A DNA stretch of 64,000 nucleotides from Lepidodermella squamata (lineage: Eukaryota; Animalia; Gastrotricha): positions 1,798,001 through 1,862,000 of the forward strand of contig JBLDXI010000029.1 in NCBI GenBank assembly GCA_047495785.1, written 5' to 3'. Every line of letters begins with the position of its first letter. The first letter of the stretch is position 1. Made by a program: the position numbers and the translations under genes. Positions 25,723-38,786 of this stretch are shown piece after piece. The notes under the pieces are model-generated. The model saw nothing but the letters and a program-made list of their open reading frames with translations. It was not told the origin of the DNA and ran no database searches.

Positions 25723-26938
25723 ATGAAGATGGGAGCCACTTCTTGCTTCTTAATAACAGCTGTATTGCTTGCAATCTCTGCGGTAAGAAAACTACGAATT
25801 TAGGATCTATGGAATTTTCATTAAATTATTCTATTTTAGGAACTCTCGCTATGTTTCCGCGAGATTGGAGCAGGTCAGTCTTGATAGAATTTAAGGATTG
25901 CGAGTAACTGTAATTTTTTCATCTAAAAGCCTGTGATCCGTCGAAATTTGGAGAAGCAAGCGAGTGTGGCGTTAACGCGACATGTTTCCGCGTTCCAGCT
26001 TGCGGTCTTGGACTTTGCTTGTGCCGAACCCCTAAACATCGCCAATTGTGGCGGCGAAGGACAGACTGCGGTTACGTACTCAACGAAGGCGATTCTTGCT
26101 CCGGAGACACAGACCCTGGACTGCTACCAGCCGGCGCTGTCTGCTCGATTTCTCGAAGTGTCAAATGCATGAAGCGGCTGGTTGCGCCAGATGGAGTTTG
26201 CTCTCCGAAATTGAGCAGTTTCAGCAAGTTGGGCGAGCCTTGCGACAATTCAACAAGAAAATGCAATATTTACGACGGACTTCGTTGTATGACGAAGAAA
26301 GACAAGGAAGAGGGTAGGTGTGAATGCATGCCGAGTTACCAACTCGCAAAATCTACCAATCGATGCCATTTAGGTAAAAATCCTCAAAATTAAAATAAAA
26401 TTGAATCTTAACCCAATTACTTTCAGCTAAACTAGAAGAAGGGTGTGAAACAGACGATGAGTGTAATGCCCCCTACGATTTGGGAAATCACGTCGTGAAA
26501 GCAGCGAGATGTCGCCGTGAAGGTTCGCTAACACCGACTTGTAACTGCAATACCTCCAGCAACTACACCTCCGTCAATTATTTGATCTTCGACCCTTTTT
26601 ATCGAGTATCTACCGATAGCCGAATTACCTACGGAAAGCACTGCGTTCATATCGCGTCTGGCATGTCTGTCTACCGATTTGCGAAATTAAGCGAAGAATG
26701 CAGCCTGGCAATCCCGCAACAACTGGTTACAAGGCAAAGGAATGTCCCAGCGGCTTTTTGTGAGAAACATTTGGTTTGCCATCGATGCCCGGAGTACGGG
26801 CAGGCCGAGCCTATGATAGGAAGATGCTTTGATCCTATTTTCATCGGAAACTCAGCTGGCAGACTGAACTCAATTCACTTCTCAATCCCAGTTGTCCTCT
26901 TCGCAATAAACGTCTTACATTTTAGATTGAATGAATAA
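25723..26938 (+). CDS. Cys-rich EB-module-like surface protein, paralog 2
   Basis: Signal exons MKMGATSCFLITAVLLAISA|ELSLCFREIGA, then CDPSKFGEASECGVNATC...; short introns; hydrophobic C-terminus (SIHFSIPVVLFAINVL). Confidence 0.8.
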
Positions 26939-28474
26939 ATAATATTGAATGGTGGATTCTAAAGGAATGAATAGAATTTTTGTATCATATCAATTCGTGA
27001 TTGAGCGGCAATGAGTGTCAAACGTTGCTGTGGGTCAGCTGAGCAGTAATGCAGAACATGGCTTCATGACTCATCCCGCTTTTCACCTTATCACCTGATC
27101 ATCATACTTCCAGGCAAAAAATTCTCACATAATATAAGCCAGTGAAAAAGTTTAATTTAACAGCAATCATAAACTACGGCAGGAGTGATGTTTTGTTAAA
27201 TATCGCCTTTCTTAAGAAACAATGCGTGCTCTGAAACAACAATGCACCTGTTCACCCGTTACGAATAATTTTTACCCCTCTGCAATTTTTTTTATTTAAT
27301 AATAATTGAACTTGAGGCTCGAGCGGCTCACGTTAAACACGTGAATTTCTTCACCTGTTATGTTATTGCTACTGCATTTGCGTCAGGCATCAATGAAGCG
27401 GCCGCTCGCGTCACGGTGTCTAAAAGCTTGACGACCATTAGGAAGATGCGCAAGATTGACTCACGCTACATTACTACGACTGCTACTACTACTACTACGA
27501 CTGGCGTCTCGCTGCCGGTAAAACTTGATGACCCTGCCTGTTATTTTCTCTTCATGGAGATAAAACACCGTCTCCTGCTACGCCGGCTCAAAAACGACAA
27601 CGTCGACGATGAATGGCCTCATGGAGATATGCCGCTATGATGATGATATTTTTCTTCAAAATTTAGCTCTCTCTTTTTGTTGTGAGTGTTTGCTTACCGC
27701 TTTTTAGTCACGCGCGTGCTAGGCTTAGTTTGTGCCCGTCCATTGAGCTCGCAAAAATTGTTGCCTATTGAGTCGTTGTCAAGCTTAATAGTGAGTTTAT
27801 ACCTACTCGCGAGCGCTTCAATACAACAAAACTTTCTGGCGGCGCCATGTCCTGAATACCGTCACTCGTAGTGTCCGCATTTTTGGCAGTCACGCTCCGC
27901 TGATCATTACTCACGAATTTTATTGCGTTTAATCGCTGCGCACTTAACTCGCCCGTTCTATCAAGATTATACCTCCCTTTTCTTCAAGATTTAGCCCGCC
28001 TAAGACGAGACCTTGGGGTTATTAATCACGTCTTGGCGACAGGCCATGTAACAGAAGATTTTATTAGGATTATTTCGATTGCATGCCTTGGTAGTAGTAT
28101 CATGAAAAAACGCGCTATTTCATCACTTCAGCAGAGGTGTGTGTAAAAAACTCAATTACACGGGAATGGCATTTGCATCATCCAGTGAGTCGGCTTTACC
28201 TTGAATTGAAAGGCAAATATTTGAAGAATGCAAATAATTGTGCGCGTAACTACCTGGGTAAATATTACTATTTGATGACCTAATGCGCCAATGAAAAAAA
28301 CACAAGAAATCCTGATAATTCAACATCTTTGATTTGCAATATCCCTCTTCAATTTCGCTTTTCCGTAATCCCATATATTCTCAAAGATTCCTTTTCTTCT
28401 ACTTTTAGGATAGGACCCCCAAAGAATCAAAGAATCAAATGTTTAAATTTTCTAATTTATAGATCCTCCTTAAA

Positions 28475-30689
28475 ATGCGGGTTACTTTGTTCGCAGTTTT
28501 ATCGGTTGCGGCCGTTTGTTCGATGGCCAACGCCCAGGCCCAAACAACAAGAGCGGCCCCAACAACACGCGCCGCCCCAACAACTCGTGCCGGCCCAACA
28601 ACTCGAGCTGGCCCTACAACGCGTGCTGGCCCAACCACCCGATCAGCTCTTACAACAACCCGAGTGGCAGCCAATGCCACGGCAGCCAACACAACGGCAG
28701 CTAATGCCACGGTAGCCAATCCAACTACTGTCGCAGCTACAACTCGGGCACCGGCTACAACGGTAGCTGCTGCTGCGACGATCACTGCCAAGGTAGCAGC
28801 CGCGACTACTACGGTTAAGGTAGCAGCTGCATCTACCACTGTAGCCGCCGGAACAACTACCAAACCTGCAGCTGCCGCCACTACAGCTGCAGCTACAACA
28901 GTCGGTGTTACCACCGTGGCAGCTCAGGTTACGACCGCCAATGCATCTGCCGCCTCGGATAAGGAGAATCAAGATTACGACGCAGAACAGGCTAAAATCA
29001 GAGCTGGTCCAGTCCGTCAGCTCGCCCCAAGTGATCGTAAGGAGAAGAAGTTGAACGAAGCTTGCGATACCGCGAAGAGTGAATGCAGCGCAAACGCGAC
29101 CTGCTCCCGCATTTCCGGCTGCTCGATGGGCGTTTGCGCTTGCAAACCCGGCTTCAAGCAGAACAAGCGTGATACTAGCAATTTATGGGACTGTGTTCGC
29201 ATGATGGACATTGGCCAGGCCTGCGAGCGTATTGATAACCTCAGTGATTTGATGCCTGATGGCGCTATGTGCCACGTTGGTACCAAGAAAGTCACCTGCA
29301 TGGGAGGCGCTGCCTCTGGCCCTTGCTCGGCTAAGGACGCCCTGCAGCAGCCATCAACTGGTAAAATCGCAGGTTACGCCCAGCCTTGTGACGCAAATGT
29401 TGGCTGCAACTCCCTCCTCGGCCACGTTTGCCAGGTTTTGCCAGGCCAAACTGGAGGCAACCGCTGTTCATGCCCGTCCCAGCTGCGCAAGTCGACGCAA
29501 TCCGACCAGTGTGTTCCGGTTGGTTACGGTGAGCTCTGCGACAACGACCAACAGTGCCAGGGCAGCTATGGCCCAGGTTCGTTGGCCATCGTCTGCGCCA
29601 AGGGCAGCAGCCTTTGCCTGTGCAACTCTGATGCGGGATATTCGCCGGCCAGCTTCGCTGTTCTTTACAACGGCAAGATGATGAACGTTACACAATGCGT
29701 CAGTAAGTGATGTCAATTTTATTCATATAACAAAAGGCGGATTCGATTCGCATGTTCCCGAATTCCAAATTTAACCGTCTGTACTACCAAAATCCGAACT
29801 TCTGTTTCCTAGGTACAGAAAGTCGTCCCATAACCTTTCGTTCCCAAATCTACCCTTTTGACCATAAAACATATTTTTGGAGCCCAAAATCACAAAATCG
29901 TTTACTTTGGTCTCGCAAAACTGTTTCGGAAATAGGTCTTGAATGAACTCGCTTTAATGATTTGGTTGTTTGCAATGCCGGAAGCTTGATTCGTGAAAGT
30001 TTCTGGCTTCGTGTATCCCAGAGCAAACTCTCCATCGCCACAAGTGTCCCCAAATTCTAACATTTACACCTTGACTCCAAAACTGACTTTTCAGCCACAA
30101 GTCACTGAATCGAGTACTTAACGGTCCCAAATGTTCTTCTCACAAACTGATTCGGAAATAGATCTTGCGTGTACTCGATTTAGTGATTTCGGGCGGAAGA
30201 GTCAGTTCTGGGGTCAAAGAGTTAGATTTGGGCACGAAAGGTTAAAATTTGGGGACCTCTTGTGTAATGCAACTTTGGAGGTGGAAAGATACCTCCGGGG
30301 TTAAAGAAGCTAGGAACTCTAACAAAAAGATGAGTGAAGCCTATCAAGATTCCAGTACTGCAAGCTTCAAATTTGCAAACTAATGTACCAGGATCATACT
30401 CTAGCCTCATAAAAGTTGAGCTCTTAATACTCTCATGAATTTTGTATTTTCAGAGGACAACTCCAGGGTTGCTGCTGGCGAAGTATGTGCTCTTGGAGAT
30501 CAAGCTCTCGGAAATATCAAGCTTTGCGACATCAAGAGCCGCTGCCTACGCTGCCCAGAGTTCACTACGGCCGACTCTCAAGGGAAGTGCTTCAAGCTGC
30601 CTGATAGCGACATCAAGGTGAACGCCGCGGCGATCCTGTCCTCTGGCTTCATTGCTGTTGTCATCGCCAGCTTTGCTGCTCTCCTGTGA
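28475..30689 (+). CDS. Mucin-stalked Cys-rich EB-module-like protein with GPI-signal-like C-terminus, paralog 3
   Basis: Signal peptide; (A/G)PTTRA repeats and an Ala/Thr stalk; EB-like Cys modules; intron ~29702-30453; ends NAAAILSSGFIAVVIASFAALL. Confidence 0.85.
29740..30420. mobile_element. Intronic transposon remnant with internal direct and inverted repeats
   Basis: aaactgtttcggaaataggtcttg (~29918) is repeated at ~30144, and ~30047-30092 is inverted at ~30198-30234. Confidence 0.45.
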
Positions 30690-32894
30690 ATATTTGCTCT
30701 ATAAACAAGGATGATTCGCTAATATCGATGCAAACACAATACAGGACTGATGTTGGTAAATGTTCTATAGAGATTTGTATGAAGTGAGACGCTCTTCTGT
30801 TCTGCTCCGAGTGATGGCCGTTGTGTAGATATATTCCAGATTGTTATTTATTGCCAACAGTAAAATTTAGACAGTTATGATGTTTCTTCACATGTCACGA
30901 GAGTTGTAATTACTTTAATATATATGTTTGATCACTAATTTTTCGGCAAACAAAGGCTGGACGGTGTTAAACATGAGAATGGAAGAATAAAATCGATCTT
31001 TTTGCAAGGTTTTACTTGAAAAATAATCAAGATACCAGCTGCTCCAAAGTTTTAGAAAAAACTAGGTTTCCGTAAATCCTTATCCGTATTGGTATAAGTC
31101 GTTCTGGATATCTTAAGGCTGGGTAATTAAGGCCCACGGCAACTATAGGGTACTATAACAGCTGTAATAGGGTTTGCTTCTGGTTACAATTTCAGGGTTG
31201 AGCGATAAAATCATGGACATTTTCGTTTCGATTGCTATCATACAGCTTGTCCCAAAAGTAACGCAAGCAAACGAAATGCACGGAACAGGGATCAGAAACA
31301 CTAAAATGAGAGGGGAAGTCATGACAAGAAAAATCTAAGAAAAATCTAAAATGCCAAAAGAATAGTAATTAATTAAAAATGTCTCTTGTGAATGTGATTA
31401 AAAAATCCGAAGAAACTGGCTCTTTAAAATTTAGTGCTTTCACCCCAATAATTACCGGCAAAATGCCAGCTTCATTTTGATAAAAAAAACTCCATCTAAA
31501 ACCGCACAGATGAAGAGATCGAGAGGGCAAATTTTAGGGTTTTCGAGGGTTCGATTCCAAAAATTAGCAGTCAATAGTGGAATTGAATTCGCTCCCTAAT
31601 TCCGGCCGGTTGTCTGGGTGACAAAAAAATTAGCCGTAAATCAAGGTAAAATCGTCCGGACTAGCGGGAGGCGGCATTGGATACCATAAGAACTCTTTAA
31701 TTCTGCTTTTGCCGGATATTTTCTACAAATTCACCTGGCTGGCAAAGTAGGGAATACCTGAAAAGCAGCGGAAATTAGGGCGGGGTGCTCTATATTGACG
31801 TGCTTAAAGCTTAAATATATAATTTAGAATTTCGTCGGAAATATTATTGTCTCTTTCGATTTTAAATGTCCCAAAGGTCAAGTTTTCAAGAAATTTGTCG
31901 GGAAAGATTGTTTTCCTTGGTAAAAATGAGCACGAAATAGCGTTGCAGTGGCTTTAAAGTTTTCGATGATATCGATTCATGATTTTCATCGTGATTTTAC
32001 GTTTTTATTTTTAGAACCTTGTTCAGTCGAAGTCGATTTCCTGTAGCCCCTATTCAATAAAACCATTCAATAATATGGCCCGTAATCAGAATTTTCGACA
32101 TGTTTCTTATGATTTTATGCATGTGTAATATTTCTTCTAGTTTTGCTGATTTTTTTTAGCAGCTTGGACATTTTCTTTCTTCACTCGGTGCGCACAAAAA
32201 ACCTAAAACAATAAACCTATATATGAGTTGAAGCTATCGATATGGCACATTTCATCCGCCAAAAAAACCAGTTCGTTCGGTGTGATCAGCAATAATTTAC
32301 ATTATTAGATATAGCCTGAAACGCTCACTCGTCGGGCGTTGTTGTTTATTTACATTTTTTTCCTCGTTTTGACCAGTGTAAAATTATTAGCCCCACTAAT
32401 AAATATATCCCGCGATATGTCAGCGCGGCGCACAAAAAACAGCACCGCGTCGACGGCAACAAAACAAATGCGCGTCCCAGTCGATAAAATCCCAAAAAAT
32501 ACTCCGATTTTTAAAGTAATACATATTACAACTCACGATCGGCCGCTAGCCTCCCCCGGCGATCCAAACAACGCCGCGCAGTATATAATAATAAAAATCG
32601 TAAGACGGCATTACAATACAGCACAATAATTCCGATTCATGCCTTGGAGGAGAGCCGGAAACGGAAGACAGGCGTTCGGTAAAACCGCGGACCAGTGCGT
32701 GTAAACAATAGTAGGATATAAGTATATATATTGCTTCTTAGACCACCCAGGTGCGCTTTGTTCGCGCAAATATCAGACAGCAGCTATTATTATTAAGGCG
32801 GCCGCTCGCGTGTTATTATCATATACGCCTTGAAACAAGAGTAGATCTCGCGCAGCAATTCGGCGTGTTTCTTCCGGGTTTTTAACCCGCCCTG

Positions 32895-32929
<35 letters not shown>
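32895..32929. repeat. (TAA)n microsatellite
   Basis: About 11 tandem TAA units. Confidence 0.9.
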
Positions 32930-32930
<1 letters not shown>

Positions 32931-33315
32931 CGGGCCCCGTGGTTATACTTGTGTAGTATAACATTGATAAACGCCGCATGTGCTGCCAGGCGTTCGATTT
33001 TCTCGCGTGGCCCTAAGACTTGTTGTCTGTTTTGCAGTATCTAATCGCGTTTATTCGCATGCTTATTACACGTGTGTGCGCCGCCGTAAATAATGCGCGC
33101 GCGCGCCTCACTCTCTCGCGCGCGCATCGCCTCGCCTTGAACTTGTTAACGCGCAGGCCGCTCGATACAATTCGCAGCGCGAAAATAGATACCTATAGCT
33201 GCTGCTTTTTTTTGCTGTCTATCTCCGAGTCTATCTGCTCGCCATTCTGTGTTACGCACCACTCTTTCCCGTTTTTTCTGTTATCGATAGTAGGGTTTTT
33301 TATATCGATATCTCG

Positions 33316-36300
33316 ATGCCGCCGCGCAAGAACGACGACGACAACGGCAAGCCGAAAAAGGCGGCGAAGAAGACCCCGGGCGAGGCGTTGAAGGACGCCG
33401 CGGCTGGCCTCGTCAAATCGGCGGTTGAGTTCTTGCCGACCCCAGCCGGCCTGCTGCTCATTCTTGCCGTGTTCACCCTCATCGGAGCCGCTATGTTCTA
33501 CGGGATAGAGTCAAAATACGAAAAGTATGCGAGAAAAATCCAAAATTTTAAGCCGGATTTTTTTACAATTTTAAATTTAGACAAATCGTGCGTCAATCGA
33601 AAATGGCCAGTACTAAGCTGCGCATGTTTTTCGCCACCGAATTTTTGAACGTGTCGAAAAAGCATCAGAAGAACAATGAAGCGTTCATGCAGCGGGCCAT
33701 GTTGTTATTGCAGGAGTATGATAAGTTGCGCGATCAAACTGCGGCGCCTGTTCCGACGCTGTGGAGCAGTTTTGTTGACGCCATTTTCTACTCGGCAACC
33801 GTTTACACGACGATTGGCTACGGCAACGCCTATCCGCGCACCAAGGAAGGCAAAATTCTTACCATCATCTATGCCTGTATAGGCATTCCCCTTTGTCTTG
33901 TTGTTTTGGCGCAGGTATGTCATAAAATTTATCAATTTTGAATATCGAGATATTGGACCATAGGAATATGAACAGTGGGATAGGAATATAGGAATAGGAA
34001 TATTTTTCCATAGGAATTTCCAGATTTCCAGAATTTATTAATATTTTTCTGAAATATTTTTTTAGTTGGGAAAAAGTTTAACGCGAGGCATAAAAACGTT
34101 GTTCCGGCGCATCCAAACCAGCCTCGACGACAACAATTTCCCAATCAACGATGAGTTCGATTTTTCGTTACTTTTCGCCGTCGGCATCACCCTGCTGTAC
34201 CTGCTGATCGGCGCATTTGTCTACCGGCAACTCGAGCCGGGCTGGAGTTTACTCGACGCCTTCTACTTCATCTTCATCTCCGGCTCAACAATCGGATTCG
34301 GCGATTTGGTGCCCAGCAATAGCCGGTGGTTTTTCCTAGGCGGATTCGTCTACACTGGGGGCGCGTTGGTTCTCGTCTCGGCCATTGTCACCATCATCCA
34401 GGGCAAATTAGACGGCGCAGTTGCGGCGACTCGGGATTTTTTCGTCAATCGAGAAAACCGCTTAAATGGAGCTGAAACTCGTAAAAAGCGGACTAAGCCC
34501 ACGGAGGAAGAAGTCGCCGATATCTACGGCCGGGCTGTTAATGAAAAATTCAAAGCCCTAGAAGCTGCGAGGGAGTCTCAGCCTGAAGCTGAGGCGGAGA
34601 GTGACGCGCCTGTTAGTTCGTCCAGAACTGGGTCAGAGTACGAAAATGAAGTCGCGCGCATTTATGGCCGCGCACCCAATTCGTGGCAGGGCGCCGGGGC
34701 GTCGAAAGCAGCCCCTGAGACGCCCACTCAAGCGAAACCCGCAGCTGCTCCAGCCACCCTAAAAACTCCTGTCCTAGCTAAACAGGTGAAACAGGAGGAA
34801 GCGAAAGGTGAGGAATAATCAGTCAAAAAACTTCTCGATACTACTATATTTCGCGTGGTGCTATTTACCCCTTATTTATTAGTCATTTTGTTGCACGTTT
34901 AATTACCCACTACTTTGAAACAGCGCAAAGCTAAGTAGAGCTGGTGCTTAAAAACTCGTTTTATTCAACTGCTGTGGCAATTAATTTTTTTCATCTCAGT
35001 TTGCAGCTATAAAAAACATTATTGTTTATTGATTAATTTAATTCAAACCCTTCTAATTTGCCGATCGGCTGAAAAAAATTGTATTGTTTTCGTTGCCAAA
35101 AACTTGAACCGAGTGCCCTTATCTCATATCATTTTATCGAGCTGCTATAAAAAATCAAACCTTTAGTTACATTAATCTTTTGTGTTGATGATGAAATGAA
35201 CAAAAAAACCTGAAACGATTATTAATTGATTGTGCCGCAAACACACTTCGAAAATCACACAGCTGGAATTGTGAGAGATGTGAATAAATAAATGCACGAA
35301 ATTTTTTACGTATAAATAACGGATTTTTTTCTATATATGTTGCGCTTTTCACAACTTTCGAAACATATGTACACGGTTTCATGCATCCCCCGTTAGATGG
35401 TAATCGTGATGATGATTAAACAACGATCTGGACTTTAATGGCTTGGCAGATCGCGCATGACCAAGCACCGTGCTATGCCCTGCTCTTCGCACCGCATCGT
35501 GAAAACTCCGGAATGCAGACGCGGATACATTTATTTATGGATGAAAGCTGAAAGATGAGACAAGCATTCAAATTTTCTTCTAATTTACAGTTTTGACTTC
35601 TTCAATGGTCGACGAGGTGATTAAAAGCGTCCTTAATGTCGATAGCTCCATGTCCTCCCCATCACCGGAGGATACAGAAGTTAGCAACTTACTGCTGTCT
35701 GTCAGCAGTTGTTCAAGTCTAGCTTCAAACCCGGCTCAAATGGCTCAACCTCAAGGGGCGAAGGTTCAGTTTGAGAAGGGACCTACATCCCTATTAGCAG
35801 CTCCCGCAGCTGAGCCTCAAATTGAACGGGCTGATGTTGTAGCTGTTCAAGCTCAAACTGTTCAACAACCCGTCGAACCGCAGAAGAAGAAGCTAGAAGA
35901 AGTTCCGCCTAAACCGAAAGATTCGCCGCCAAAGCCGAAAGACTCGCCGAAAAAGCAGCAGGAAGAGCAAAGGAAGAAAGATGCGCCAAAACCTCCAAAG
36001 CTACCCAACCCTCCGAAACCATATGATCCCGCGTCGGAACAACTCAACATTGAGACAAATATGAAAGAGCCTCCTTTGCCTCAAATATCACCTCAGCCTC
36101 AAAACTCCCCGTCCACGAAGCAAGAACGTCTCGCTAATCTCGCGCAGAGGTTTTGTTTTTGATTGGGTTAAGGTTTGATTTTTCACTGATTTTTCTAGGT
36201 GTAAAAGTGAGGTAGTGCCTGGAAGTTTGCCGCCGATAGTTCCTATTCCAGGGACACTGCCTCCGTTGTCCAGCGTTGAGACGCGTTTCAGCCCAGGCGC

Positions 36301-38786
36301 GTCCTTGCATACGCCTAACTCGGCCTTCACGCCGATCTTAGGCGGAGGCCGGAGCCGCGAGTCGTCGCAAACTCGCGACCATAACAAACCTCGCGCTTCT
36401 CTTCCTAACGACGAAATAACCCTAGGTGACAGGTACCAATCTTACCTATTAGTGCGCCTCCAGTCTAACAACTTATCCCCCGGTGATTTTAGTGCTAACA
36501 CTGCGCCGGACCCGCAGGCGATTGTGTCGCCGCGCAGCGTGCGCGTGACTTACAAAACCGACACCGGCCACTACCAGCCTAACATGGCCACGTCGATAAC
36601 CAGCGTGCACCAGGACCACGTCAGCCCAGCTGGGCCTGATTCGATTGTCGAGAAGTCGGCAATGTTGGCAACTGGCGTTTCAATGCCATCCTACGCTACG
36701 CTACTGGCAGATAGCAAGACCCCATCTGCTCCGAGGGCGTCAGCTTTCAGCTCAGTGTCAAGCTCTTCAACGACACCGCCTGCAACCCTTAACCCGCCCA
36801 AGGCGTAAGTTTTTATAGCGTGATTTTAATTGGTAAGCCACGAAGTAAGCTACGAGCTTTAGGAACCCAGTCTAATAACTAGAACCCAGTGAGGAAGTTA
36901 AAATAATGACAGATGCATGGAAAATGAGACATGGGGATCATAAAGTTGACTCTCGAGTCTCAAATTTTTCGATTATCAGAAATTTGATGTAAGACCCCAT
37001 TGTAAAATTACTGCCCAGAATTACAAAGCGTGACTTGTGTAGTAACTATAGGTGACTTATAGAACATATTGTTCTCGCAGGCCTCAAGTGAAGCCCCTGA
37101 TGTTTTCTGTTTATTTTCAATGGGCTTTGCTGTTCGGATATCAACCTGAATCAAACTAGAGTTGAATCATTGAAACTCCGGGTTTCAGTTCTTGAGCATT
37201 TGTCCGACTTCGACTTCCTTGTGTTTGTGATTGTGAGATGGGAATCTTCCGCTCGCTGATTGGTCAGTTGGTCGTCTCCATGGCCCCGCCATGCTACACG
37301 AATCGCGCCATCAAATTCTTGCTGTTTTAATTTTGTGAAGGGCAATCCAACTACTACGTCCATTCATGAAATTATTGTCTTCGCAACATTTATTGAATCT
37401 CACGATTTATGTAGGAAGGCGAAGTCATGGAGACGACCAACTGACCAATCAGCAAGCAGAAGTTCTCCTATTTACTATCCTAAACACGATTTTGGCCTCA
37501 TTTATCCTCAGTGGGCAGCTGAATTTTGTCTTCCAAGTTCTTGGATGCTATCAATAGTTTATCAACGAGGTTGCACTTTGTAACAATGTGATACGAAATA
37601 TGTTTAAGAGGTACTCGGAACAGTTGACATTCCCATATAAGGACTTATGAGTGTGACTTGTAAGGAATCCTCGGTCATGAATCATCCATGCAAAGTTAAT
37701 CACGTATGATATCGAGCAATGACAAGGGTTATGGGTGCCAAATCTTTAGAACATACCATGTTTACTTAGGCCTACTCATAGCTCAAGCGTCATGAACACC
37801 CCGAATATTAGTGTTTGCGGCCCTACTAATAGACGATGTCACAAGGAGTGGTTTTTTCTACCTAGTCAGTAGCTGGGCTTGATGTTTAATAGGGTTGAAT
37901 CACTATTAGCATTGTTTGTTTGTTTTGCAAAAAATACAATAACCTGCCGCAGACGAAACGTGCGCGGATCATCGATGCAGCCATACCACCTTTACGAGCC
38001 AGAAGAAAGGCCAAATTATCTACTGAGCACACGAGCGCCCTCAATGAACCGAAGCACCTCACCACAGCCAGCCTACTCGCGAACCCTGACCAGCCAATAC
38101 GGCGGCGCCAGGGACTACACGAAGCCGAAATCTCGCGAGAACTTCTACAACCCCGGTCCGTCGGAGCGAGATCGATTGCCGCACTACAAAAGCGATTTGC
38201 TGAGGGATGCCGCGGAAATGGGCGCCTACGTAGGCCGCGCTAGGGCCTGTCGATCGGTCACCAGCTCGCCGACCCCGTCGAGTGCTGCGGCTACGGCAGC
38301 CTACTACGCGCAACCTCTTCACGCGTCGGCCTACATCCCGAGCTCGACGAGCTACACGCCGATGTCGTCGACGTACTCGCCAGCTCTTGGACGATCAGTG
38401 TTGGTTGACAAGAAAAAAATCAAACGAACTGTTTATGTTGTTGCTTGATTAACCCATGCGTGATTGATTAGACAAACGCCTCGAATTTGCATGCAGCTCG
38501 CACTTTCACTTCGGTTGCTTTTATATATTCAAGAGACCGGTTACACTTCTGTAAGCTAATTCCACTGTGTTATGATGTCGATTGCAGGTTGACACCAACA
38601 GGCGGCCTCGTCGCCTCTCGGCCATCGCCAACAGCCGGCCTGTCGTCGGTCGCGCTGCTCGGCCGGCCGCTCGGCCTCTACAGCACAAGCAGCAGCGACT
38701 ATCCATCCTCGACGAGCTCAATCAAGTCATCCGCCTACAAGCCATCGACGCCGTCTTCAATATCGCGGCACAGTAGCCAAATGTGA
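33316..38786 (+). CDS. Two-pore-domain potassium channel (K2P/TWK-like) with long Pro/Ser-rich C-terminal tail
   Basis: Pore loops TTIGYG and STIGFGD, with four TM segments. Donor AAAG|gtgagg at 34808 is phase-compatible with the acceptor at 35590. Further introns 36150-36198 and 36805-37952 are in phase. The last junction (~38399/38587) is less certain. Confidence 0.8.
37221..37488. repeat. Intronic imperfect inverted repeat (~95-bp arms), probable MITE
   Basis: gctgattggtcagttggtcgtctccatg (~37255-37282) is matched in reverse complement by catggagacgaccaactgaccaatcagc (~37426-37453), with the similarity extending on both sides. Confidence 0.7.

Noticed and set aside
27341-27871. Short ORFs upstream of the mucin-EB gene
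   Set aside because: Non-ATG starts, and the Thr run comes from an (ACT)n microsatellite; more likely promoter or UTR sequence.
28435-28914. Antisense ORFs over the mucin repeat (VVGPAR repeats)
   Set aside because: Shadow frames of the low-complexity sense CDS.
32773-32979. Poly-Tyr ORF
   Set aside because: Translation of the (TAA)n microsatellite.
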